DNA of 64,000 bases from an uncultured Gemmatimonadales bacterium (GCA_963741945.1 CAVUKA010000003.1:691998-755997); one strand, 5' to 3'. Positions 7,902-18,559 are shown, numbered from the stretch's first letter. Notes: a model not told the origin generated them from the sequence alone. Program-made: numbers and translations.

Positions 7902-10900
7902 ATGAACAGGAGATTTGGTTCGGTTGTGCTCCTGCTTGCGGCGCTGTTCCTGCCGGCAGCGGTTGCCGCGCAGGGTGCAGTCATCACCGGCACGGTCCAC
8001 AATCAGTCGATGGAGCCCGTGCGCGGCGCGGCCGTGTCCGTACAGGGCATGCGCCTGTCGACGGTGAGCAACGAGCAGGGTTTCTACCGCCTGCAGCTGC
8101 CCGAGGGCGCGCGCGGGCAGGTCACCCTGGCCGTGGAAATCATCGGGTATCGCCCGGCCACCGTGGAAGTGACGGTCACGGGAGGCACGGTCCGCCAGGA
8201 CATTTCCCTCGTGGAGCAGGCCATTGCCCTCGACGAGATCGTGGTCACCGGCACGGCGGGGCGGCAGTCCCGGCGAGCCCAGTCGGCCGTGGTCTCAACG
8301 GTGGACGCGGCGCAGGTCGCGCAGGTCGCCCCCGTCTCGTCCATCACGCAGCTGCTTCAGTCGCGCGTCCCCGGCATGGACGTGCAGGTCTCGGGCGGGA
8401 ACCTGGGCGGCACGCAGGTGATCCGCATGCGTGGCCAGGCCTCGCTCACGTTGTCCAACGAGCCGCTCATCTTCATTGATGGCGTGCGTGCGGACCAGCG
8501 GAACGGCGCCAACTACTACGCGGTAGGCGGTCAGGAGACGAGCCGTTTGAACGACCTCCGTCCCGAGGACATCGCGGACATCGAGGTGATCAAGGGCCCC
8601 GCGGCCGCCGCGCTCTACGGTGCGGACGCGTCGGCGGGCGTGATCCAGATCATCACGAAGCAGGGCCAGCAGAATTCGTCATTCTCGCAGACGCTCTCCG
8701 CCGAGTACCAGGCGCTCGACTGGGGCTACTGGACACCGCCGGACAACTGGGCCGCGTGCACCACCTCCGCAGTGGCGAACGCGGACAATCCGTGCTACGG
8801 CCAGTCGGTGGGCGCGCTGGTGCACGACAACCCGCTGGTGCGGACCGGTGCGATCCAGCAGGGCTACCGCCAGTCGCTGAACTGGTCGGGGACCGGCGGC
8901 GGCTCGAACTACGGCTACTACCTCTCGCTGGGTGGTGACAAGGGCGAGGGCGCCTTCGTCAACAACAAGCAGAACACGCAGTCGGCCCGCGGCAACTTCA
9001 ACTTCCAGCCGTCGCCCAAGCTGCGCATCGAGATGGGGATGGGCGTGGTGCGCTCGGATATCCAGCTGCCGCGCAACGACAACGACATCTACGGCTGGCT
9101 GGGCGGCGCCATGCTGGGCAACCCGACCAGCGTGGGCACGTCACGGGACGGCTGGTACGCGCCGAACCGGCAGAACGCCGCCATCGCGGCGTACGAGAAC
9201 ATCAACACGACCATGCGGACCACGCCGCGTCTCCAGGTCAACTACAGTCCGTATCAGTGGATGACGAACCGGCTGACCATGGGGCTGGACGCCAGCCGGT
9301 CCGAGCAGCACTACTTCTACCCGAAGAACGACAACGGGTGGTACTCGGGCGTGTACAACACCGGGCAGATCGGGCAGGCGCGTCAGAACTATGACCGCTA
9401 CACCTTCGACTACCTGGGCAACATCGCGAACGCGCTGACGAGCACCATCAGTTCGGACCTGTCGCTCGGGACGCAGCTCCTGTACACCCGCTACGACCGG
9501 ACCAGCGCCACGGGGATCGGGCTGACCACGAACGCGGCCAACGCCATCGACCAGGCGGCGCAGACCACGGGCGGGCAGACGTTCAACGAGGAAGCGCAGG
9601 TCGGGTTCTTCGGACAGTGGCAGGTCGGCTTCTCCGAGCGGCTCTACCTCCAGATGGCCGGCCGGATGGACCAGCACTCGGCGTTCGGCGTGAACGCGGA
9701 CTGGTTCTTCAGCCCGAAGATCGGCGCCTCCTGGGTGCTGTCCGAGGAGCCTTTCTTCCAGGCACACATGCCGGATCTGATCAGCACGCTGCGCCTGCGG
9801 GCCGCGTACGGGACCACCGGCCGCTCGCCCACGCAGGGCGCGCTGGCCACCTACACCGCGTCCCCGTTCGCCTTCGTCGACCGCAGCGTGGGCTCGGGCG
9901 TGCAGGCGGAGGACATGGGCAACCCCGATCTCAAGCCGGAGCGCGGGACCGAGATCGAGGCGGGCTTCGAGGCCGGTCTCTTCGATGAGCGCCTGGGCCT
10001 CGAGCTGACCTACTTCAACAAGGTCGGCACGGACGTGATCCTGCGGCGGCCGCTGCCGCCGTCGGCGGGCTTCACGGACAACCAGCTGGTCAACATCGGC
10101 AAGGTGCTGAACAGCGGCTTCGAGATCTCGGCGAACGCCCGCGTCCTGACCGCGAGCGACCTGTCCTGGGATGTCCGCGTGGGCATGAACACCCTCCACA
10201 GCGAGATCCAGGACCTGGGCGGCGTGGAGCCGTACTGGACTGGCTGGGCGCAGCAGAACAAGGAAGGGTACGAGGCGCACGCGTTCTTCACCCGCCAGGT
10301 GGAGCACTTCGTCGTCGACGCCAGCGACCCGCAGGCTTCCATCTGCGGCACGAGCGGCGGCGAGTTCCAGCAGTGCGCCATCGTGACGGCGGAGGAGACG
10401 TACAAGGGGCACTACATGCCCACCTTCGAGGGCAACCTGTCCTCCACTCTCACGTTCCTGCGCAACTTCCGGGTCTATGCGCTGCTGGACTGGAAGAACA
10501 ACTTCATGATCTACAACAACACGGACCAGTTCCGTGAGCGGCAGTTCGGGCAGGGCGAGCGCTGGGTCCGCCGTAACGACCCCACGTTCAACCAGAGCGA
10601 CGAGGAGCGCCTCCGCCGCTTCGGGCCGTTCTACTACCTGGACGACCAGGGCAATTACCAGCCCATTTCGGCCGGCAACGTCGACGACGCATACGTGGAG
10701 CCGGGTGACTTCACCCGTCTGCGCGAGGTGTCGCTGCACTACACCATCCCCGACCAGGTCGCGGCCCTGGCCCACGTCTCCGGCGCAACGCTCTCCGTCG
10801 GCGGACGCAACCTGGCGCTGTGGACGAAGTACTCGGGCCCGGACCCGGAGGTGTCGCTGTATCTCACCACCGACGAGCGCTCCGACTTCCTGACGCTGCC

Positions 10901-10943
10901 GTCAGCGCGGAGCGGGTTCGTCAAGCTCACCTTCCGGTTCTGA
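7902..10943 (+). CDS. SusC/RagA-like TonB-dependent outer membrane transporter
   Basis: Signal peptide, carboxypeptidase-regulatory-like N-domain, LDEIVVTG, EPLIFIDGV, DIEVIKGPAAAALYGADASAGVIQIITK, GNPDLKPE, C-terminal Phe. ATG 7902 follows GGAGG. Confidence 0.95.
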   Translation: MNRRFGSVVLLLAALFLPAAVAAQGAVITGTVHNQSMEPVRGAAVSVQGMRLSTVSNEQGFYRLQLPEGARGQVTLAVEIIGYRPATVEVTVTGGTVRQDISLVEQAIALDEIVVTGTAGRQSRRAQSAVVSTVDAAQVAQVAPVSSITQLLQSRVPGMDVQVSGGNLGGTQVIRMRGQASLTLSNEPLIFIDGVRADQRNGANYYAVGGQETSRLNDLRPEDIADIEVIKGPAAAALYGADASAGVIQIITKQGQQNSSFSQTLSAEYQALDWGYWTPPDNWAACTTSAVANADNPCYGQSVGALVHDNPLVRTGAIQQGYRQSLNWSGTGGGSNYGYYLSLGGDKGEGAFVNNKQNTQSARGNFNFQPSPKLRIEMGMGVVRSDIQLPRNDNDIYGWLGGAMLGNPTSVGTSRDGWYAPNRQNAAIAAYENINTTMRTTPRLQVNYSPYQWMTNRLTMGLDASRSEQHYFYPKNDNGWYSGVYNTGQIGQARQNYDRYTFDYLGNIANALTSTISSDLSLGTQLLYTRYDRTSATGIGLTTNAANAIDQAAQTTGGQTFNEEAQVGFFGQWQVGFSERLYLQMAGRMDQHSAFGVNADWFFSPKIGASWVLSEEPFFQAHMPDLISTLRLRAAYGTTGRSPTQGALATYTASPFAFVDRSVGSGVQAEDMGNPDLKPERGTEIEAGFEAGLFDERLGLELTYFNKVGTDVILRRPLPPSAGFTDNQLVNIGKVLNSGFEISANARVLTASDLSWDVRVGMNTLHSEIQDLGGVEPYWTGWAQQNKEGYEAHAFFTRQVEHFVVDASDPQASICGTSGGEFQQCAIVTAEETYKGHYMPTFEGNLSSTLTFLRNFRVYALLDWKNNFMIYNNTDQFRERQFGQGERWVRRNDPTFNQSDEERLRRFGPFYYLDDQGNYQPISAGNVDDAYVEPGDFTRLREVSLHYTIPDQVAALAHVSGATLSVGGRNLALWTKYSGPDPEVSLYLTTDERSDFLTLPSARSGFVKLTFRF

Positions 10944-10952
10944 GGAGGAGCC

Positions 10953-12299
10953 ATGAACACGACGATCCGAAGCGGTTTCGCCGTCGCGCTCCTCGCCGCC
11001 GCAAGTGTGGCGGTCACGGGGTGCGACAACTTCCTGGATGTGAAGACTCCCTACACGATCGCGGCAGCGAGCGTCGATCCGGTGAACGACGCACTCGCGT
11101 TCTCGAGCTCCTCGTGGCAGAACTACGTGGAGGCGCTGGGCGATTTCGCGGTCTACGAGGCGTGGTTCACCAACTCGCTGCGCGTGGGCGACACGTTCCC
11201 TACGCGGAACGAGTTCGGCCGCCGATTCATCGATGACCGTACCAACGGCACGCTTAACACCGAGCTGTGGACGCCCATCTCCACGGCAGTGGCTTCGGCC
11301 GAGGACGGCCTGGTCCTGCTCGAGGAGCTGGATGACAGCAACATCAACCGGACCCGCCTGTACCTGACCTCGGCTTTCGGGTCGCTGACCATGGCCGAGA
11401 GCTTCTGCACGGGCGTGATCCGCGAGGGACCCGGCGCACCGTCGCCGGAGCTGACGAAGTCGCAGATGCTGGAGCACGCCATCGAGCGCTTCCAGCAGAC
11501 CATCTCCTCCGGCACGGCCAATGGCACGGCCGACGGGGTGGCGATGGCGAACGCGGCGCGCGTGGGCCTGGCCCGGGCGCACCTGTTCCACGGCGACCTG
11601 TCCGCCGTGGCGGGTGACGTGAGCGCGGTACCGGCCGGTTTCCAGTACAACGCCACGTATGTCGACGACCCGGGCAACCGGGGTCGGCTGGGCAACACGG
11701 TGTTCGCGTTCTCCGGGCGCACGGCCAACCGCGAAAGTGGCGTGGTGGGTCCTGAGTGGCGGGCGCTCGGCCAGGGGGTGGACGTTTCCAGCACGCAGCC
11801 GTTCGCCGGCGAGGTCGACGGCGATGCACGGGTGAGCTGGCGCTACGAGGGTCGCACGGCGCAGGACGGCGTGCACGCCTTCGTGTTCCAGACCACGCAT
11901 GACGGCTGGGATGCCCCGCTGGTGGTGGCCAGTGAGCTCGAGGCGAGATACCTCGTGCAGCAGGCCAGCGGCACGGAAGCGAGCCGGATCGCGCTCATCA
12001 ACGAGCGACGGGCGGCCAACGGCCAGCCCACGATGGACGCCGGTGACTTCACCGGCCCGGACGCCGTCCTGGAGGAGCTGCTCTTCCAGAAGAGCCTCGA
12101 TTTCTGGCTCACGGCCCGCCGCATGGCGGACTGGCGCTGGTACACCGGTGACGGTGCCACCGCGCGCGGCACGCATTTCCGGTACGTTCTCGAGCCCACC
12201 GATGCCTACTACAAGCCGGAAGTGGGCGGCATGGGGGACCAGGTGTGTTTCCCGCTGCCGTACAACGAGTACTCGCGGAACACGGACATCAACCGGTAG
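10953..12299 (+). CDS. SusD/RagB-like substrate-binding lipoprotein
   Basis: Directly after susC. Lipobox VTGC-DNFLDV, ALINERRAA, RRMADWR, CFPLPYNE. Confidence 0.9.
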   Translation: MNTTIRSGFAVALLAAASVAVTGCDNFLDVKTPYTIAAASVDPVNDALAFSSSSWQNYVEALGDFAVYEAWFTNSLRVGDTFPTRNEFGRRFIDDRTNGTLNTELWTPISTAVASAEDGLVLLEELDDSNINRTRLYLTSAFGSLTMAESFCTGVIREGPGAPSPELTKSQMLEHAIERFQQTISSGTANGTADGVAMANAARVGLARAHLFHGDLSAVAGDVSAVPAGFQYNATYVDDPGNRGRLGNTVFAFSGRTANRESGVVGPEWRALGQGVDVSSTQPFAGEVDGDARVSWRYEGRTAQDGVHAFVFQTTHDGWDAPLVVASELEARYLVQQASGTEASRIALINERRAANGQPTMDAGDFTGPDAVLEELLFQKSLDFWLTARRMADWRWYTGDGATARGTHFRYVLEPTDAYYKPEVGGMGDQVCFPLPYNEYSRNTDINR

Positions 12300-12311
12300 T
12301 CACGACAACCA

Positions 12312-12387
12312 GGCGGGGCGGCGAGCGCCGCCCCGCCGCTGCCCGGGTGCCCGGCGCGAGCCTCGTCTTGTGCCGGGCACGCCTTTT
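12312..12387 (+). terminator. Two GC-rich hairpins between susD and peptidase; the second is followed by CCTTTT
   Basis: GGCGGGGCGGC-GAGC-GCCGCCCCGCC (12312-12337) and GTGCCCGGCGCGAG...CTTGTGCCGGGCAC (12347-12380). Confidence 0.5.
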
Positions 12388-12397
12388 GGGAGGCGTC

Positions 12398-14442
12398 ATG
12401 CACCGAACTCCGTTGTTCGCGCTCCTGGTCGCGCTGGCCACCCTCACCCCCCGCTCCGTTCCCGCACAGCAGCCGGGCGACCGGCTCCAGCTGGGCTCCT
12501 ACCTCGAGTGGGAGACCGTGTCCGGACCCCGCCTTTCGCCCGATGGGCGGCAGGTCCTCTTCACCCGGCGGCACGTGGACAAGATCAACGACCGCTGGAC
12601 CGGGTCGCTCTGGCTGATGAACGCCGACGGCACGAAGCTCCGCTTCCTGGCCGACGGCGGTGCCGCCGAATGGTCACCCGACGGCGCGCGCATCGCCTAC
12701 ACGGCCCGCGGGGAGCCCGTGGGGAGCCAGCTCTTCGTCCGCTGGATGGACGCGGAGGGCGCCACAACGCAGGTCACCCACGTGACGGAATCGCCGTCGG
12801 ACGTGGCGTGGAGCCCGGACGGGGAGTGGCTCGCCTTCTCCATGCTGGTGCCGAAGTCGGAGAGCTGGAAGATCGCCATGCCCGCGAAGCCGGAGGGGGC
12901 GAAGTGGACGGAAGCGCCACGCATCGTCCAGAGCCTGGACTACCGCCAGGATCGCCGCGGCTTCAACGAGGAGGGGCACCGGCACATCTTCGTGGTCCCC
13001 GCCACCGGCGGCACGCCGCGGCAGGTCACCAGCGGCGACTGGGACCACACCGGCCCGGAATGGACCCCCGACGGCCGCGCCATCCTCTTCTCCACCCTGC
13101 GTACCGAGGATTCGGAGTACGCCTGGCGCGAGTCCGAGATCTACGGCGTGGACGTGGCCACCGGGAAGATCACGCAGCTCACAGACCGGAAAGGCCCGGA
13201 CTATGCCCCGCGTGTGTCCCCCGACGGCCGGCGCGTCGCGTACGTGGGCTATGACTGGAGCGATGACACGTTCCGCGAGTCCGTCCTCTACGTCATGGAC
13301 GCGGACGGCTCCAACCCGCGGGCGCTCACGGCGTCGCTGGACCGCTCGCCCAGCGGGCACCAATGGGCGCCTGACGGCAGCGGCGTGTACTTCAACGTGA
13401 GTCGCGAAGGCGTGCGCGATCTGTACTTCGCATCCCTGGACGGGAACGTGCGCCGGGTCACGGAAGGGAACCACGTCCTGGACGTGGCGGACATCCGGGG
13501 GCGTACGGCGGTGGGCGTGCTGGAGGGGCCGCAGGCGCCCGGCGACATCGTCGCCTTCGACCTCCGTCGCCCGAAGGAGATGCGGCAGCTGACCGCGGTG
13601 AACGCGGACGTGCTGCACGGCGTGGCGCTGGGCGAGGTGGAGGAGATCTGGTATCCATCGCTGGACGGCTTCCGGATCCAGGGGTGGGTGGTCAAGCCGC
13701 CGGACTTCGACCCGGCGAGGAAGTACCCGCTCATGCTCAATATCCACGGGGGGCCGCACGCCATGTACGACGTGGGCTTCAACTTCGGCTGGCAGGAGCA
13801 CGCGGCGCACGACTACGTGGTGCTCTACCTCAACCCCCGCGGCAGCTCCGGCTACGGCAGCGCGTTCGGCAATGCCATCAAGAACGACTACCCGAACAAG
13901 GATTACGAGGACCTGATGGCGGGCGTGGACACGGTCATCGCCCGCGGGTACATCGACAGCGACAACATGTTCGTGTACGGGTGCAGCGGCGGGGGAGTCC
14001 TCACGGCGTGGACGGTGGGGCACACGGACCGCTTCCGCGCGGCGTCGGCCAACTGCCCCGTCATCGACTGGATCAGCTTCGTGGGCAACACGGACTCGCC
14101 GGGCTGGTATCGCAATTTCGCGAACTACCCGTGGGAGGACCCGAGCGAGCACCTGCGCCGCTCACCGCTGATGTACGCGGGCAACGTGAAGACCCCCACC
14201 ATGCTCATGACCGGCGTGCTGGACCTGCGCACGCCGATCCCGCAGACGGAGGAGTTCTACGAAGCGCTCAAAGTCCTGAAGGTGCCCACCGCCATGGTCC
14301 GCTTCAACAACGAGTGGCACGGCACCAGCTCCACTCCGTCGAACTTCCTGCGCACGCAGCTCTACCTTCGCTACTGGTTCGAGAAGTGGGGGACCCACGA
14401 CGACGGGGCGAGGGGGCGCTGGGCGACCAGGGCAGCCACTGA
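12398..14442 (+). CDS. Secreted S9 family (acylaminoacyl/prolyl oligopeptidase) serine peptidase; probable 1-nt indel near the 3' end
   Basis: Signal peptide, PD40-type WSPDG repeats, IHGGPH, NPRGSSGYG, nucleophile GCSGGG, DLRTP, EWHG. As written it reads to 14635, overlapping the next gene by 155 nt. One extra G at 14405-14408 gives a stop at 14442. Confidence 0.9.
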
Positions 14443-14480
14443 GCCGGCCCCCCGTTCATGGCATTCCACGAGGAGGATCG

Positions 14481-14885
14481 ATGAAGAAGATGATGCTGGG
14501 CCTGACGCTCGCGCTCGCGGTCACCGGCGCCTGTGCCACATCGGGTGCACCGGGCGGGCAGAGCGGGACCTCCCGCGACACGATCGAGCGCGACGAGATC
14601 GCCGCGGAAGGCGGGCAGATCCGCACCGCCTATGACGCGGTGGAGCAGCTCCGGCCCCAGTTCCTGCGCAACCGCACGAACGCGACGGCCGGCGTGGGGG
14701 CGGCCACGGTCGAGCCGGTGGTGGTCTACGTGGACGGGGTGCGCCGGGGCGGCGTGGACGAGCTGCGGAACATCCCCATCGAGTACGTGGTGCGGATCCA
14801 CTACGTTCGGCCTACGGACGCGCAGACACTGTACGGGATGGGTCACGGCAGCGGTGTCATCCAGGTGGCCACCACCACCGGCTGA
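14481..14885 (+). CDS. Small lipoprotein resembling a stand-alone TonB-receptor plug domain
   Basis: GAGGAGG SD, lipobox TGAC, AYDAVEQLRPQFL, VVYVDGV, YGMGHGSGVIQV. Confidence 0.75.
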   Translation: MKKMMLGLTLALAVTGACATSGAPGGQSGTSRDTIERDEIAAEGGQIRTAYDAVEQLRPQFLRNRTNATAGVGAATVEPVVVYVDGVRRGGVDELRNIPIEYVVRIHYVRPTDAQTLYGMGHGSGVIQVATTTG

Positions 14886-14888
14886 GGG

Positions 14889-17378
14889 TCAGCGGGACAC
14901 CGTGTCCGGCAGCAGCACCGAATCGGGGCGCAGCAGCGAATCAGCGCCCGGGACACTCCCGGCCGGAATCACCGGCCGGGGCGCCGGCAGTGAGTCCGGG
15001 AATCCGAACGAGTCCACGGGCACACCCAGCGGCGCCTCCGCGGTGTCACGCGGGCTGATGGGCGCGGCAGCGGGCTCGCCCTCACGCGGGAGACGCGGCC
15101 GCCCCAGGTAGCGCTCCCGCTCCTGCTCCGTCCGCGCCTTCTCCCCACCCCCGCCGAACAGGCCGGCCACCCACCGCCCGGCGGCGGCGAACGCGCCGCG
15201 CACCCCGTCCCATGCCCGGGCGAGGACGCCTTCCTCCGTCTCGCCCGCGGGGCAGATGGTGGCGGGAAGCTCCGATTCGAGGAAGAGTTCGCTGCGGGCG
15301 CGCCCCTGCGCCGGACGGCACCCGTGGGCGAGCACCAGTCCGCTCGCCGGGTCGATCTTCCGCTCCACCACGGACTCCGGCCGCTCCCACGCGTCCGGCG
15401 CCTTCCGGTCCCGGTAGGCCGCGCGCATGATCCGTCCCCACACGGGCGCGGCCAGCTCGCCGCCCGTCGCGCCCGCGGCGATGGGCTGTGGCCGGTCCAT
15501 CCCGATCCAGACGCCGCCGGCCAGGTCCGGCGTGTAGCCCACGAACCAGGCGTCGAACCCCTCGTTCGTCGTCCCCGTCTTCCCGGCGGCCGGGACGCGC
15601 AGCCCCACATCGCGCACTTCGTGCCCGGTCCCGCGGTCCACCACGTCACGCAACAGGCTCGTGACCAGGTATGCGACGCCGGCCGAGAACGCCCGGTGCC
15701 GATGGACGTTCGAGCGCCATACCACCTTCCCGGCCGTATCCTCCACGGTGGTGACCAGCCGCGGCGCCACGCCGCGACCCCCTTCGGCGAACGGCGTGTA
15801 GGCCGCAGTGAGCTGGAGCAGCGGGATCCCGATCGCACCCAGCGCCAGCGACGGCAGGACCACCATCCGCTCGTCGATCCCCGCGTCCCTCGCCGCACGC
15901 ACCACGTTGTCCAGTCCCACCGCCAGCGCCAGACGCGCGGTGGCGATGTTCACGGAGTGGACGGCCGCCTCGCGCAGCGTCACTTCCCCGCCCGAGCGAC
16001 CGCTGAAGTTCTCCGGTTCCCACACTTCGCCGCCCGGCAGCTTCACGACCAGCGGCTCGTCGCTCAGCTCCTGGCTGGGAGCGTAGCCGCTCTCCAGCGC
16101 GGCGGCGAAAACGAACGGCTTGAACGCGCTCCCGACCTGCCGCCTCGCCTGCGTGGCGCGGTCGTACGGCGAGTCGGCGTAGTCGCGACCGCCCACGAGC
16201 GCCAGCACGTCCCCGCTGTCCGCCCGCATCACCACCGCCGCCCCCTGGACGTAGCGCGTCCCCGCGGAGTCCACCGCGTCCTCGTCACCGTGGCGTCGGT
16301 CGCCGCGATACCGGCCATACACGCCGGCCTCGATGGCCGACAGCTGCCGATCGATCGCCCGCTCCGCCGCGTGCTGCACCACCGGGTCGAGCGTCGTGTG
16401 GACGCGGAGCGGGGCGGCGTAGAGCCCGTCGCCGAGCTCGTGCTCGAGCATGCGACGCACGGCCCGCACGAAGTACGGCGCCGGCGGCGGCTTGGCTTCG
16501 GGCAGCGGCCGCTCGGGCACGACGTGGAGGCGCGTGGACTGCGCCCGCTCGGCCGAGTCGGCCGACACGCGCCCCTGCGCGGCCATCAGCGAGAGTACCA
16601 GGTCCCGCCGCTGGCGGGCCCGGTCGGGGTGCTCGCGCGGGTCGTAGGCGTTCGGCGCTTTCGGCATGGCGGCCAGCGTGGCCGCCTGGGCGAGGCTCAG
16701 GTGCGTGGCCGGGCGCCCGAAATAGGCCCGGCTGGCCGCCTGGATCCCGTAAACGGAGCCGCCGAAGTAGATGTGGTTGAGATAGAGCTCGAGGACCTCG
16801 TTCTTGCTGAAGCGGTCTTCGATGGCGCCCGCCACGCGCATCTCCAGCAGCTTCCTGTCGAGCGTCCGCTGCTGACCGGGGAGCCGGTCCGGGAAGACGT
16901 TCCGGGCCAGCTGCATCGTGATCGTGCTCCCACCCTGCGCCACCCCACCCGCCCTCACGTTGGCCAGCAGCGACCCGGCCATCCGGCGCCAGTCCACGCC
17001 CCCATGGTGGTAGAAACGGCGGTCCTCGATTGCGACGAAGGCGGCCGGCACGTACGCCGGCAGAGAGTCGAGCCGCACGAGCGTTTGGGGCGACGGCGTC
17101 AGCCGGGCCAGCTGGTCGCCATTCCGGTCCAGCAGCACGGGCGCACCCCCCGGCTGGAGCGCCGACAGCCGCTCCACGGCCGGACAGCCACGCAGCCCGC
17201 AGCTCTGCCACGTCAGCCACCCGAGCAGGAGCGATGCCGCGGCGGCCACCAGCAGCCAGCGCAGCGGCGGCAGCCACCAGGCCCGGCCCCGCCGCCCCCG
17301 TCCCGTGGGGTCGCGGCGCCAGAGCGCGAGCACCGCGGATCGCGCGCGTGCGGGAATGGTTCGTGCACTTTTCGGCAT
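14889..17378 (-). CDS. Class A penicillin-binding protein (PBP1A family)
   Basis: Transglycosylase EDRRFYHHGG, QGGSTITMQLARN, RKLLE, LYLN. Transpeptidase SAFK, SVN, KTGT. Exact start uncertain (17378/17387/17420). Confidence 0.95.
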   Translation of the reverse strand: MPKSARTIPARARSAVLALWRRDPTGRGRRGRAWWLPPLRWLLVAAAASLLLGWLTWQSCGLRGCPAVERLSALQPGGAPVLLDRNGDQLARLTPSPQTLVRLDSLPAYVPAAFVAIEDRRFYHHGGVDWRRMAGSLLANVRAGGVAQGGSTITMQLARNVFPDRLPGQQRTLDRKLLEMRVAGAIEDRFSKNEVLELYLNHIYFGGSVYGIQAASRAYFGRPATHLSLAQAATLAAMPKAPNAYDPREHPDRARQRRDLVLSLMAAQGRVSADSAERAQSTRLHVVPERPLPEAKPPPAPYFVRAVRRMLEHELGDGLYAAPLRVHTTLDPVVQHAAERAIDRQLSAIEAGVYGRYRGDRRHGDEDAVDSAGTRYVQGAAVVMRADSGDVLALVGGRDYADSPYDRATQARRQVGSAFKPFVFAAALESGYAPSQELSDEPLVVKLPGGEVWEPENFSGRSGGEVTLREAAVHSVNIATARLALAVGLDNVVRAARDAGIDERMVVLPSLALGAIGIPLLQLTAAYTPFAEGGRGVAPRLVTTVEDTAGKVVWRSNVHRHRAFSAGVAYLVTSLLRDVVDRGTGHEVRDVGLRVPAAGKTGTTNEGFDAWFVGYTPDLAGGVWIGMDRPQPIAAGATGGELAAPVWGRIMRAAYRDRKAPDAWERPESVVERKIDPASGLVLAHGCRPAQGRARSELFLESELPATICPAGETEEGVLARAWDGVRGAFAAAGRWVAGLFGGGGEKARTEQERERYLGRPRLPREGEPAAAPISPRDTAEAPLGVPVDSFGFPDSLPAPRPVIPAGSVPGADSLLRPDSVLLPDTVSR

Positions 17379-17407
17379 GGGATTCATTCTAAGCAGAGGA
17401 GCCCACA

Positions 17408-17779
17408 ATGAAGAAGGCATACATGCCCCGTGCCGCCGCTCTGGTGGCCCTGCTCGCCGCCCTCACTCTCGGCGGCTGCGGCATCATGGGAGGCAGCAAG
17501 GAGCCCGAGCCCGCGTACGCCACCGTCACGGTGAACAACGACAGCCCCACAACGGTCACGGCGTTCGCGGTCCGCCCGAACGGCGTCCGCTACCGCCTCG
17601 GTACTGTACCCGGACTGACCGAGAAGCACTTCGATCTCCGCGCCGACATGGTCGGCCAGACCGGCGAGATGCAGCTGGTGGTGGACGTCCTCGGCACGTC
17701 GCGCCTCTACACGTCCGACCAGGTGTTCATCGACCAGGGCGACAGCGTGGAGTTCACGGTAAGCCACATGGTGCGCTAG
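17408..17779 (+). CDS. Hypothetical lipoprotein
   Basis: AGAGGAG SD, lipobox LGGC, RYRLGTV motif. A GG-N10-GC sigma54-like motif lies at 17353-17366. Confidence 0.75.
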   Translation: MKKAYMPRAAALVALLAALTLGGCGIMGGSKEPEPAYATVTVNNDSPTTVTAFAVRPNGVRYRLGTVPGLTEKHFDLRADMVGQTGEMQLVVDVLGTSRLYTSDQVFIDQGDSVEFTVSHMVR

Positions 17780-17900
17780 CTGCGGCGGCGAGTCCAGGCC
17801 GAAGCGGGCTTCGTGGCGAGCGGGCCTCCGGTTGCCGTTCGGAGTGCGACGGCCGAAACTGGCCACGACGGCTGCACTGCGCCCTCGAACCCTGGAAACC

Positions 17901-18470
17901 ATGAGCGACGCCGGAACCGATGCCCCGATCACGCCCGACCCCTCTTCCGGGCCGCCCGCGCCACCCCCGCCGCTGGACCTTCGCGTGGCCGCGGTCACGG
18001 AGGCGGGCGAGCACCCGAACGCGGACCGCCTGCTCGTCCTCCGCATCGACCTCGGCTTCGAGCACCGGCAGCTGGTCGCGGGGCTGGCCGGCATCTACGA
18101 GCCGGCGGAGCTGGTGGGGAAGCGCATCGTGGTCGTGGCGAACCTGAAGCCGGCAAAGCTGCGCGGCGAGATCAGCCAGGGGATGCTTCTCGCGGCCCAC
18201 GGCCAGGAGAACGTGGGGCTGATCCTGGCGCCGGACGCCCCATCCGGGACGCGGCTGGAAACGGCGGCGGCTACCGGAGCGATCCAGTCCCGGGCCGCGT
18301 CGGCAGGTGAGCCGGAGACGGGGCCCGGTGACGTGGCCGCGGAGATCACGATCGACGACTTCGCCCGCCACGCCATCGTCGCCCGGCCCGACGCGGTGAC
18401 GCTGGATGGCCGCCCGATCGAGCGCCCGCGGCTGGTCGTGGACCGCGACGCCTGGGGGCCCGTGAAGTAG
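17901..18470 (+). CDS. Stand-alone tRNA-binding OB-fold protein (Trbp111/CsaA/MetRS C-terminal-like)
   Basis: LDLRVAAV, HPNADRLL, RQLVAGL, VVVANLKPAKLRGEISQGMLLAA. Confidence 0.88.
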   Translation: MSDAGTDAPITPDPSSGPPAPPPPLDLRVAAVTEAGEHPNADRLLVLRIDLGFEHRQLVAGLAGIYEPAELVGKRIVVVANLKPAKLRGEISQGMLLAAHGQENVGLILAPDAPSGTRLETAAATGAIQSRAASAGEPETGPGDVAAEITIDDFARHAIVARPDAVTLDGRPIERPRLVVDRDAWGPVK

Positions 18471-18559
18471 CCCTCGCCCAACGAACCCCTTGCCGACCGC
18501 ACCGTTCGTCGCCATCAAGGGAGGAAGCGGGGATGTTCTTCCGAATGGCGGCGACGAGG

